Shown in pieces: positions 54,530 to 62,096 of a stretch of 62,096 bases of DNA. The translations under genes and the position numbers were made by a program. The notes beneath the pieces are model-generated. The model saw only the letters and a list, made by a program, of their open reading frames with translations, made no database searches and was not told the DNA's origin. The stretch is taken from positions 1 to 62,096 of the forward strand of contig MFVS01000017.1 in the NCBI GenBank assembly GCA_001786195.1, written 5' to 3'. This stretch comes from Candidatus Nomurabacteria bacterium RIFCSPLOWO2_12_FULL_40_42 (lineage in GTDB: Bacteria > Patescibacteriota > Minisyncoccia > Phycocordibacterales > UBA9973). How positions within the stretch are numbered: position 1 is the first letter of the stretch; every line of letters starts with the position of its first letter.

Positions 54530-55513
54530 ATGGTAATCAAGAATGTTATGACAGTTGGCGGTGGCACCGGAAGCTATACTGTCTTATCGGGGCTGAAAGA
54601 CTTGAAAAATGTTTCGCTCACCGCCTTGGTTTCCATGGCGGACGATGGCGGATCGACCGGAGTACTCCGGGACGAGCTTGGAGTTCTGCCACCGGGAGAT
54701 GTGCGGCAATGTCTAGTAGCTCTTTCGGAACATAGCGAAATAGTACGGAAGCTAATGAATTATAGATTCGAAAATGGAGGTCTCTCGGGTCATAGTTTTG
54801 GGAATATTTTTCTGGCGGCACTGGAGAAAGTGGCTGGCAACTTTAGAGAGGGTGTGGAAATCGCCTCCGAGATTTTGAAAGTGAATGGCAAAGTTATACC
54901 CACGACTAACAATAAAGCCGATTTGTCTTTAGAGCTTGTAAATGGAAAAATTTTTGAAGGTGAAGATAAAATACAAAATGCGAATCTTCAAGATGTCGGT
55001 ATTAAAAATATTTATTATAAAAATAAAGTTTTATTGAACGAGCATGCAAAAGAAGCTATCCAGAAGGCGGATTATATAATTTTAGGGCCTGGAAATTTTT
55101 ACTGTTCTCTCCTGCCAAACCTAATAGTGAATGGTTTTAAACAAACGATTTCTAAAAGCAAAGCCAAGATTATTTTTCCGGTAAATCTAACCAATAAATT
55201 AGGCCATACCACCAATTGGGCAGTAAGCCATTATGTCAAAGATGTGGAGAAACATTTAGGAAAACCTGTGGACTTTATTTTAGTGAATAATGAAAAATTA
55301 TCCAAGGTTCAGATTGAACGCTATAAAGTGGAAGGAGGAGAAGGAGTGCTGATTGAAGATGATTTTAAAGATGACCGCATAGTGCGAGCTCCATTATTAT
55401 CAAAATTTGTATTTGATAAGACCAAAGAAGATGTGATACCCCGCACCGTCGGTTTTATCCGTCATGATTCAAAAAAATTAGCCGAGTGCATTAAAAAAAT
55501 AATAAGCACGTAA
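54530..55513 (+). CDS. YvcK/CofD-like (gluconeogenesis factor, UPF0052) protein
   Basis: VGGGTGSYTVLSGLK and MADDGGSTG..LPPGDVRQCL motifs. Confidence 0.9.
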   Translation: MVIKNVMTVGGGTGSYTVLSGLKDLKNVSLTALVSMADDGGSTGVLRDELGVLPPGDVRQCLVALSEHSEIVRKLMNYRFENGGLSGHSFGNIFLAALEKVAGNFREGVEIASEILKVNGKVIPTTNNKADLSLELVNGKIFEGEDKIQNANLQDVGIKNIYYKNKVLLNEHAKEAIQKADYIILGPGNFYCSLLPNLIVNGFKQTISKSKAKIIFPVNLTNKLGHTTNWAVSHYVKDVEKHLGKPVDFILVNNEKLSKVQIERYKVEGGEGVLIEDDFKDDRIVRAPLLSKFVFDKTKEDVIPRTVGFIRHDSKKLAECIKKIIST

Positions 55514-55528
55514 TGTATTACGTAATAC
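55508..55528. repeat. 12-nt phased ACGTAAT repeats upstream of the HAD gene
   Basis: ACGTAAT at 55508 and 55520. Same core and same 12-nt period as 3346-3379. Confidence 0.5.
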
Positions 55529-55531
55529 GAT

Positions 55532-56071
55532 ATGAAATTTATTTTCGATTTCGATAGTGTTTTGTTCAACACCAAAGAATTTTTAAAGCATTTATACGCC
55601 TGTGTAGAAAGGGCTGGTGTACCTAAAGAGATAGCTCAGGAATATTATAAAAAAGTCGGAGGAACGCAGTTTAGTTTGAAAAAATTGCTGATCTATCTTT
55701 CAATCAGAGAAAATTTGCATGAAGAAATACTGAGTAAAAGTAAAAGTTTTATAAATCAAGAGTTACTAAAAACAGTACAGAAATTAGGAAAAGAAAATTG
55801 CTACATCGTTACTCATGCGAATGAAGAATGGCAGATAAATAAAATCAAAAGTACGGGCCTTGAATCTTTTTTTTCTGATATTATCATAGTAGCTGGAAGT
55901 AAAAAAGAAGCGGTAGAAAAAATATGCGCGAAGTACAAAGATGAGAAAGTAATATTTATTGATGAAAAAGCAAAGTATTTTGAAGATTTGGATTTTGTAA
56001 AATATCCAAACTTAAAGACTGTTTTGTATGATGAAAAAGGGCTAGAAAAACTAATATCTATTTTATCTTAG
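55532..56071 (+). CDS. HAD-superfamily hydrolase
   Basis: FIFDFDSVLFNT (DxD motif I). 179 aa. Confidence 0.7.
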   Translation: MKFIFDFDSVLFNTKEFLKHLYACVERAGVPKEIAQEYYKKVGGTQFSLKKLLIYLSIRENLHEEILSKSKSFINQELLKTVQKLGKENCYIVTHANEEWQINKIKSTGLESFFSDIIIVAGSKKEAVEKICAKYKDEKVIFIDEKAKYFEDLDFVKYPNLKTVLYDEKGLEKLISILS

Positions 56072-57155
56072 TTTTAAGTTCCGGTTCTACCTCGGCCGGC
56101 ACGATGTTGAACCGTAATCGCCCGATGATTTGCCCTTGTTCGGTTTTGACATTGACTCGCCATTTGCCGGAAGCCAAATTTGTTCGCGCGGAAAATGTCC
56201 GAAAGCCACCATCTCTGCCGCCTATCACCGGCAGTTTAATCAATCTTTCTGTCGTCCATTCACCTTCTACCAAATCCCAGTGTTGCCATTCGTGGAGAAT
56301 ATTGATATTTAGATTTTTTGGCGAGAAAATAGCACTGAAAGCGTATACGGCTGACCCGGGTGTCGCTTGGAAATCTGGATACAATATAAAATATTCTTTC
56401 CAATCCCTGTCTTCGTAGCTGACTTCATAATTCCTCTCGTTCGCGTTGCTATTTTTTTCTATAGAATGATATATGCCGGCATCTTTGAGCGAAAGCGGAA
56501 TCGGTGGGATTAGATTGGTAAAATATAGAAAATTAACTAAAATAAAAATTCCGGAGATCAACAATAGAATTAATTTTTTACTTTGGGCAAATTTGTCTTT
56601 AATAAAATTAAATAAAATTTTATTAAAAAGCGCGATAACCAGCAAGCTGACTAGCCCTGAAAATAAAAATACCCAAGTTCCAATTCGATGCATTACCACC
56701 GGCACCAAAAAAATTGCAAACCAATAGATTGAAAGAAAAAATAAACTGATTTGAAAACTAAGCCGGACGTAATGCTTTTTAAGAAATTCGTTGGCGATAA
56801 AAATGGCAACCAAAAGCAAGATAAATGGCCAGGCCACAAAAAAGTCCGCGCTCCTAAAATACAATACCAAATAAGCCGAAAAAACTCCTCCGAAGGCGAA
56901 CTGCAATATATTGACATACCAAAAATGAGCTGTACCTGGGTTTCTTTCGCCGCCGGCCTCGGTTTCTTTGAGATGGGTCAGAGTAATGAAAACCCCGATT
57001 ATAAGAAGATAGCCCAAGATCGAGAGATTTTCGAAAAGCGCATCTACTCGTTTCAAGGTAAGCGTATCAAAAAGAAAACCTGCAAACAGGAAAAAAGATG
57101 AAATATGATGCTCAAACCGGTCATAGAAGTTGCGAATGTGATTCAGTAAAAACAT
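56058..57155 (-). CDS. polytopic membrane protein with C-terminal DUF2914-like domain
   Basis: Start moved to ATG 57155, because the upstream part of the track ORF is the antisense of a tRNA. The tail ..GKWRVNVKTEQGQIIGRLRFNIV resembles DUF2914. Confidence 0.7.
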   Translation of the reverse strand: MFLLNHIRNFYDRFEHHISSFFLFAGFLFDTLTLKRVDALFENLSILGYLLIIGVFITLTHLKETEAGGERNPGTAHFWYVNILQFAFGGVFSAYLVLYFRSADFFVAWPFILLLVAIFIANEFLKKHYVRLSFQISLFFLSIYWFAIFLVPVVMHRIGTWVFLFSGLVSLLVIALFNKILFNFIKDKFAQSKKLILLLISGIFILVNFLYFTNLIPPIPLSLKDAGIYHSIEKNSNANERNYEVSYEDRDWKEYFILYPDFQATPGSAVYAFSAIFSPKNLNINILHEWQHWDLVEGEWTTERLIKLPVIGGRDGGFRTFSARTNLASGKWRVNVKTEQGQIIGRLRFNIVPAEVEPELKTKIK

Positions 57156-57185
57156 AATTATTTGGGCAACTCGACGAAAAAGGTG

Positions 57186-57256
57186 CTGGGGGACTTGGAA
57201 TCGAACCAAAATTAATGGCTTCAAAGGCCACTGTCCTACCGTTAGACGATCCCCCA
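57186..57256 (-). tRNA. tRNA-Gln (anticodon UUG)
   Basis: 71-nt cloverleaf folded by hand: acceptor UGGGGGA/UCCCCCA with U1-A72, D-loop AACGGUA, anticodon loop CUUUGAA, T-loop UUCGAUU, discriminator G. No encoded CCA. Confidence 0.9.
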
Positions 57257-57354
57257 AATGTAATACTTTTATGATTAAAACAATATCATAAAATCATATA
57301 TAATACAAAATAAGACGACCGCATTGTTTTATAGCATTAAGAGAGAATAATTTT

Positions 57355-57810
57355 TTAAGCAGATTTCTGATTTTTCACAAATTCCAGTATATTCTTAAAA
57401 TTAGTAAATGAATAGTCAGCTTCTGGAAGCTTCTCAAACACCACGGCAGTTTTAATTCCGACGGTTTTGGCTGGAATAACATCTTTACCGACGTCATCCC
57501 CAATATAAAGAATTTCTTCCGGCTGAAGTGCCGAAAGTTCGATCATTTTATAAAAGCCTTTTAGTGCGGGTTTTGACGCACCGACCGTGCTGGCACTTAG
57601 AATATAAGAGAACAATTTAGGATCCACATTTAGGGCAGGAATAATCTTGTCGAGCTTGATATTCGAAAAAATAGAAATGGGAATAAGTTTACTCATTTCC
57701 TCCAAAATTTTCGGAATATTTGGATCGGTTAAAACGTAAATTCTTCGAGGAATTCTTGTGCTTATCGAAGCCAGTGTATCGCTAAAATCAAACCAGATGT
57801 GTTTAATCAT
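57355..57810 (-). CDS. HAD-like hydrolase (short, atypical motif I DFSDT)
   Basis: WFDFSDTL, ..SASTVGASKP.., YIGDDVGKDV motifs. Confidence 0.65.
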   Translation of the reverse strand: MIKHIWFDFSDTLASISTRIPRRIYVLTDPNIPKILEEMSKLIPISIFSNIKLDKIIPALNVDPKLFSYILSASTVGASKPALKGFYKMIELSALQPEEILYIGDDVGKDVIPAKTVGIKTAVVFEKLPEADYSFTNFKNILEFVKNQKSA

Positions 57811-57815
57811 AAAAA

Positions 57816-58046
57816 TTATTCTCCCAAATACTTAAACCGCGGCACTTTCTGGCCATTCACTTCTACATTTTCTAAAAACATTTCCTTGGGCCGAATCCAG
57901 AGTTGCATTTTACCGTCTTCGTAAGCATGTTCATAAACCACAAATTCCTTTTCTGGGTCTTCGGAATGCCTGGCTACTCCTATAACTTTACACAAGTGTC
58001 CCTTGAAGTGCTTATATTTGCCTAATTTAATCTCCAACTTTTTCAT
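57816..58046 (-). CDS. DUF1653 family protein
   Basis: 76 aa. YKHFKG..Y.VIGVARHSEDPEKEFVVY...LWIRPKEMF matches the DUF1653 pattern. Confidence 0.75.
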   Translation of the reverse strand: MKKLEIKLGKYKHFKGHLCKVIGVARHSEDPEKEFVVYEHAYEDGKMQLWIRPKEMFLENVEVNGQKVPRFKYLGE

Positions 58047-58582
58047 TTTATTTTAATCTGAGGTTTTAATTCACTATTTTTTTCTTGAATTAATTCAGTG
58101 ACATTCTCTAAATTACTTTCAATTATTTTGCCTACATTTTCTTTAGTAGATGGATGATCGAAAACAATTTTTCCCATAATTTTTTTTCCTTCTAAAACTT
58201 TTGGTAACCATAATTCATCGTCAGCCCACATATCTTGAAAAGGTAATTTATCTACATCGAACCATTTCCATTCTTCCATTTGATCAGTCTCTACAACTTC
58301 TCCAGCAAAATCATCAACTAAAAAGATGTGCAACAAAACACTCTGAGATTTATCTTTAAATTCAAAAGTGATCACACCTACTGTAATTAAATTTTTTATT
58401 TCTAACCCCGACTCTTCCTGAGTCTCTCTAATCGCACATGCTTCGAGAGATTCTCCAACTTCAACTTTTCCTCCTGGTCCATTCCAAAATCCTTTCCCTA
58501 ATTTGCGTGTCTTTTTTGCAAGTAATATTTGATTATCTTTGCGAATTACACAAACAGTTTGTCTAGAAACACTCTTTTTCAT
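58043..58582 (-). CDS. Nudix hydrolase (MutT-like)
   Basis: Nudix box GGKVEVGESLEACAIRETQEESGL. 179 aa. Confidence 0.85.
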   Translation of the reverse strand: MKKSVSRQTVCVIRKDNQILLAKKTRKLGKGFWNGPGGKVEVGESLEACAIRETQEESGLEIKNLITVGVITFEFKDKSQSVLLHIFLVDDFAGEVVETDQMEEWKWFDVDKLPFQDMWADDELWLPKVLEGKKIMGKIVFDHPSTKENVGKIIESNLENVTELIQEKNSELKPQIKIK

Positions 58583-58588
58583 ATATTT

Positions 58589-61126
58589 CTAATTCACCAA
58601 CGACTTCCGATGCTGCGGCGCGTTGATCAGACCGCATTTTTTGTATTTGTAGACTTCGCCAGTCGCCGGGTTTATCGCTCCGCACGGACACGAATCGTTG
58701 CGCCCAATATTTTTTGCCGAATCAGTTTGGACGCCTTGGATATTCTTGCTTGGCTCGGCGTGGTTAACTACCAATGTTTGTTTTGTTGGAATATCTTTTC
58801 CCTGTGCAGGTTCTTGAATGGTAATAATCAAAGAAAAAACTTGCTCTTTAAATATTTCTTCCATTTCTTTAAACATTTTTAATCCATCCTTTTTATATTC
58901 CACAATCGGCTCTCTCTGTCCATAGGCTCTTAGATTTACCGAGCTGCGCAAGTAATCCATCGCTTCCAAATGTTCCATCCAAAGACTATCAGTAGTGTAC
59001 AGGGCAATCCTTCTCACTGTCTCTAAAAACGCTTCTTCGCTTATTTTTTTTATTTTCTCTTCCAGAATTTTATCAAAGCCATCTTTTTCTTCTGAAATAT
59101 TTTTAAGCAATTGTTCAATTCCCTTTTTATCGGCTTTGAGCATTTTTTGCCTTCGCTCATAAATAATCTTGCGTTGATGATTCATCACATCGTCGTATTC
59201 CAGAGTATTTTTACGAGCATCAAAATGAAAGCCTTCAATTTTGGCCTGGGCTCCTTCTAAGGTTCTGCCGATGAAGCGATTTTCGATCGGCTGGTCCTCT
59301 AGAATGCCGAAACGCCCCATCATTGTCTTTATTTTCTCCGAACCGAAGACCCGCATCAGGTCGTCTTCCAGCGAAACATAAAACTGCGTCTCGCCCGGGT
59401 CGCCTTGGCGTCCGGAACGCCCTCGCAGCTGATTGTCGATTCTCCTAGCTTCATGCCGCTCGGTGCCCAAAACAAAAAGTCCACCGACGCTTTTTACGAA
59501 TTCATATTCTTCTCTCACGATAGGATTACCTCCAAGCTTAATGTCTATTCCGCGTCCGGCCATGTTGGTGGCGATAGTCACTGCGCCCCTTTTGCCAGCT
59601 TGAGCGATGATTTCGCCTTCTTTTTCATGATTCTTGGCATTTAAAATAACATGCGGCACTCCTTCTTGGCGGAGATAGGCGGAGAGGAGCTCGTTTTTTT
59701 CGATCGAAATAGTGCCAATCAATACCGGCTCGCCCTTCCTGTTCAATTCTTTTACTTTTTTGGCAATCGCTTGGAACTTTCCTTTTTCCGTTTGAAAAAT
59801 GAGGTCATTATGGTCCTTGCGCACTACCGGACGATTGGTCGGAATTACGATAACATCCAAACCGTAAACCTTCAAAAATTCCTCAGCCGAAGTTTTAGCC
59901 GTACCAGTCATGCCGGAGAGCTTTTTATAAAAGCGAAAATAATTTTGGAAAGTAATTGAGCCACTGGAGCGGGTTTCTTTTTCGATTTTCACCCCTTCCT
60001 TGGCTTCGATCGCCTGATGAATCCCCTCGCTCCATCGCCGACCCGGCTGGAGACGACCGGTAAAAGGATCAACAATAATCACCTCTCCTTCCTTTACCAC
60101 ATAATCTTTATCTTTCTCAAAAATCGCCTGCGCCTTGACGGCCGTTTCCAAATGATGGACGTACTTAATGCCTTTTTCCGTATAGATATTATCTACACCT
60201 AAAAGTTGCTCCGCTTTGGTAATTCCGGCGTCCGTCAGAGTGATCGCTTTCAGTTTTTCATCCACTTCGTAATCAGTATCTCGCTTTAATTGCTTGGCAA
60301 TTTGATAAAATTTTATATAAAAATCTTCCGAATCTCCGGCGGCGCTCGAAATTATCAGCGGCGTGCGGGCTTCATCTATTAAAATAGAGTCCACCTCGTC
60401 CACGATGCCATAGCTATGTCCACGTTGTACCAAATCTTCCACTCTTGTAGCCAAATTGTCCCGCAGATAATCAAATCCGTATTCATGATTGGTGCCATAA
60501 GTCACATCTGCTTGATATGCTTCTTTACGTCCTGATGGTTTCAAAAAATCATAGACAACTTTAAATTCTCCGATTTGATCTCGTTCAGAATCTTTTTCTT
60601 TGCCTGCCTGTCCGGTAGGCAGGTGCGTAGCATCATATAAATATGAAACATTATTGGAATTAATTACCCCTACAGAAAGTCCTAGAAAATTATAAACCTG
60701 GCCCATGAGTACTGCTCCGATGCGGGAAAGATAATCATTGACTGTCACAATATGCACACCCTCGCCAGTCAAAGCATTTAAGTATGCGGGTAGCACGGCA
60801 ACTAAAGTTTTTCCTTCACCAGTTCTCATCTCGGCAATTTTGCCGCCGTGAAGGGCTAGACCCCCAATCAACTGCACATCATAATGTCTTTCACCTAAAT
60901 TTCTTTTAGCTGCCTCTCGTACCAAGGCAAAAGCTTCTGGTAATATGTCATCTAGACTTTCTCCATTCCTCAATCTATCCTTAAATTCCAAAGTTTTTTT
61001 GGGAAAGTCGGCATCTGCCAACTTCAAAACATCCGCTTCCAAAGCGTTGATGGTATCTACTATTTTTGCGACGCTTCTAATGAATTTAGAGCTTTCATCG
61101 CCAAATATTTTACCGAATAAGGACAT
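58589..61126 (-). CDS. secA: preprotein translocase ATPase SecA
   Basis: MRTGEGKT, DEVDSILIDEARTPLIIS, TNMAGRGIDI. C-terminal zinc finger CPCG..KKCG. Confidence 0.95.
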   Translation of the reverse strand: MSLFGKIFGDESSKFIRSVAKIVDTINALEADVLKLADADFPKKTLEFKDRLRNGESLDDILPEAFALVREAAKRNLGERHYDVQLIGGLALHGGKIAEMRTGEGKTLVAVLPAYLNALTGEGVHIVTVNDYLSRIGAVLMGQVYNFLGLSVGVINSNNVSYLYDATHLPTGQAGKEKDSERDQIGEFKVVYDFLKPSGRKEAYQADVTYGTNHEYGFDYLRDNLATRVEDLVQRGHSYGIVDEVDSILIDEARTPLIISSAAGDSEDFYIKFYQIAKQLKRDTDYEVDEKLKAITLTDAGITKAEQLLGVDNIYTEKGIKYVHHLETAVKAQAIFEKDKDYVVKEGEVIIVDPFTGRLQPGRRWSEGIHQAIEAKEGVKIEKETRSSGSITFQNYFRFYKKLSGMTGTAKTSAEEFLKVYGLDVIVIPTNRPVVRKDHNDLIFQTEKGKFQAIAKKVKELNRKGEPVLIGTISIEKNELLSAYLRQEGVPHVILNAKNHEKEGEIIAQAGKRGAVTIATNMAGRGIDIKLGGNPIVREEYEFVKSVGGLFVLGTERHEARRIDNQLRGRSGRQGDPGETQFYVSLEDDLMRVFGSEKIKTMMGRFGILEDQPIENRFIGRTLEGAQAKIEGFHFDARKNTLEYDDVMNHQRKIIYERRQKMLKADKKGIEQLLKNISEEKDGFDKILEEKIKKISEEAFLETVRRIALYTTDSLWMEHLEAMDYLRSSVNLRAYGQREPIVEYKKDGLKMFKEMEEIFKEQVFSLIITIQEPAQGKDIPTKQTLVVNHAEPSKNIQGVQTDSAKNIGRNDSCPCGAINPATGEVYKYKKCGLINAPQHRKSLVN
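60603..60623. repeat. mini-palindrome family B inside secA
   Basis: CCTGCCTGTCCGGTAGGCAGG. Translated on the minus strand as LPTGQAG. Equals the reverse complement of the purL copy plus one T. Confidence 0.65.
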
Positions 61127-61132
61127 TTTTAT

Positions 61133-61138
61133 ATATTA
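61133..61138 (-). promoter_or_regulatory. -10 box TAATAT, 6 nt before the secA ATG
   Basis: The minus strand reads TAATAT-ATAAAA-ATG. Confidence 0.35.
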
Positions 61139-61147
61139 ACACAAAAC

Positions 61148-61175
61148 AAAAAATCCTCCGAATGGAGGATTTTTT
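61148..61175. terminator. bidirectional intrinsic terminator
   Basis: AAAAAATCCTCC-GAAT-GGAGGATTTTTT. Confidence 0.7.
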
Positions 61176-61186
61176 GTTAGTGGGAA

Positions 61187-61276
61187 CTATCTGCGTCTCT
61201 TTGCGACCTTTCTCTTTCCTTTTTTTACGGTCTTCCTCTTACCCTTCTTGGCTACTCGCTTTTTTTTCTTTGCCAT
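61187..61276 (-). CDS. 29-aa Lys/Arg-rich micro-ORF
   Basis: MAKKKKRVAKKGKRKTVKKGKRKVAKRRR, followed by the 61148-61175 terminator. Below the ORF-track cutoff, with no SD. Confidence 0.25.
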   Translation of the reverse strand: MAKKKKRVAKKGKRKTVKKGKRKVAKRRR

Positions 61277-61522
61277 AGTTATTTTTATTTAACTTACTAA
61301 ACTAGTTTACAATAAAAAACGACCAGAAATTTTTATTGCGGACACATCTTAATTATCTCGCATCTCTAAACATAACACAATGATTTTTTGCCAAAACTGT
61401 GGATAACTTTTTATTTTGTAAACAAAAAAATTGTTTCCATTTGAAGCGGGTGATGGCGAAACTCCAACATATGTGCCTATGTGAGTGCGACCACCCGCTA
61501 CAGATAAAAACAATTTAAGTAT

Positions 61523-61819
61523 TTATATTTTTGCTTCAATTTTCTGAACTCGATTTTCAAGTTCTTTATATATAATTTTAGAAACTTTATTTTCTGCAAA
61601 ATCATCTATTCTTTTTTCTAGTCTTTCAGCATCAGTCTTTGTTGCTATATCTTTAATATTTTCCTTGGTTGCCATTTTTGCTTCCAAATTTTTTAAATCT
61701 TCTTTGGTTGCCGCATTCTCAAAACCTTTAGCTACCATCATCGCCAATTTATCTATTGTTATCTTACTACTCCTATCATTTTTTTTATTTCCCTTAACCA
61801 TTTTATTTTTTTTCTTCAT
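61523..61819 (-). CDS. hypothetical coiled-coil protein
   Basis: 98 aa, Lys/Glu-rich heptad-like sequence. No family recognised. Confidence 0.4.
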   Translation of the reverse strand: MKKKNKMVKGNKKNDRSSKITIDKLAMMVAKGFENAATKEDLKNLEAKMATKENIKDIATKTDAERLEKRIDDFAENKVSKIIYKELENRVQKIEAKI

Positions 61820-61964
61820 CTAATAATTTATACTTCTTTAGGAAATCCAGTACTGGTTTTCCACATTTAAAACAAAAATCTTCCCTTCCAAAATAACCCA
61901 CACCAGCCTTCACTGGGTCACCTTGTAATTTCTTTTTACAAATATCACACTTTTTGATATTCAT
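61803..61964 (-). CDS. 53-aa zinc-ribbon peptide
   Basis: MNIKKCDICKKK...FCFKCGKP (CxxC..CxxC). Overlaps the next gene by 17 nt. Below the ORF-track cutoff. Confidence 0.3.
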   Translation of the reverse strand: MNIKKCDICKKKLQGDPVKAGVGYFGREDFCFKCGKPVLDFLKKYKLLDEEKK

Positions 61965-62096
61965 ACCCCCCATTATAAACCGCTGAAAATTTTAAAGCAA
62001 TGTCGCCTAATAGCTCACAAATAAAGTCAGTGAAAACCTCTGTATAGCTCATAATTCCTGTTAGTGTAGTCGGTATTATGACTATGAATACAAAGA

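Noticed and set aside
57156-57257. N-terminal 34 codons of the track ORF 56058-57257.
   Set aside because: This stretch is the antisense of a hand-foldable tRNA-Gln (57186-57256). The real start is ATG 57155.

Overview
This is an AT-rich, tightly packed bacterial chromosome segment using the standard genetic code (TAA, TAG and TGA all end well-supported genes). I infer a Patescibacteria/CPR (Parcubacteria-like) genome. The grounds are short genes, a type IV pilus operon, a domain-trimmed AspRS, wHTH+Cas2-fold proteins, almost no Shine-Dalgarno sequences, and TAnnAT boxes 6-9 nt from many ATGs. This is not proven.

Gene content, left to right:
- aspS, a stand-alone riboflavin kinase, an EamA transporter, pterin carbinolamine dehydratase, an orphan GHKL ATPase, a TrpR/YerC-like protein, pepN and scpAB
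- a split Cys-rich zinc-ribbon gene, an M15 peptidase, mraY-ftsW-murG, gltX, an M23 peptidase, rpmA, rplI and an S41 protease
- a toxin-antitoxin patch (RelE/RHH plus MazEF remnants)
- a pilB-pilC-pilin operon interrupted by an AbiEii-like pair, then PBP2
- an ~18.7 kb purine block: purB, purC, purM, purE, guaA, guaB, purA, a purN-purD fusion, purF, purQ, purL with a PurS-like N-extension, and a gmk-like gene
- glmS, a yvcK-like gene, HAD and Nudix genes, tRNA-Gln(UUG) and secA

I saw no rRNA, CRISPR array, transposase or integrase.

The most unusual signal is not a gene cassette. It is at least six families of short GC-rich palindromic or inverted-repeat elements. Several sit in-frame inside housekeeping genes: AspRS, EamA, the PurN-PurD linker, PurQ, PurL, SecA and the ScpB stop codon. 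One family abuts the ATG of three envelope genes. One family marks convergent gene ends. One brackets a Cas2-fold wHTH gene inside the pur cluster and overlaps its -35 box.

All calls come from reading the sequence and ORF track by eye. No searches or computations were run.
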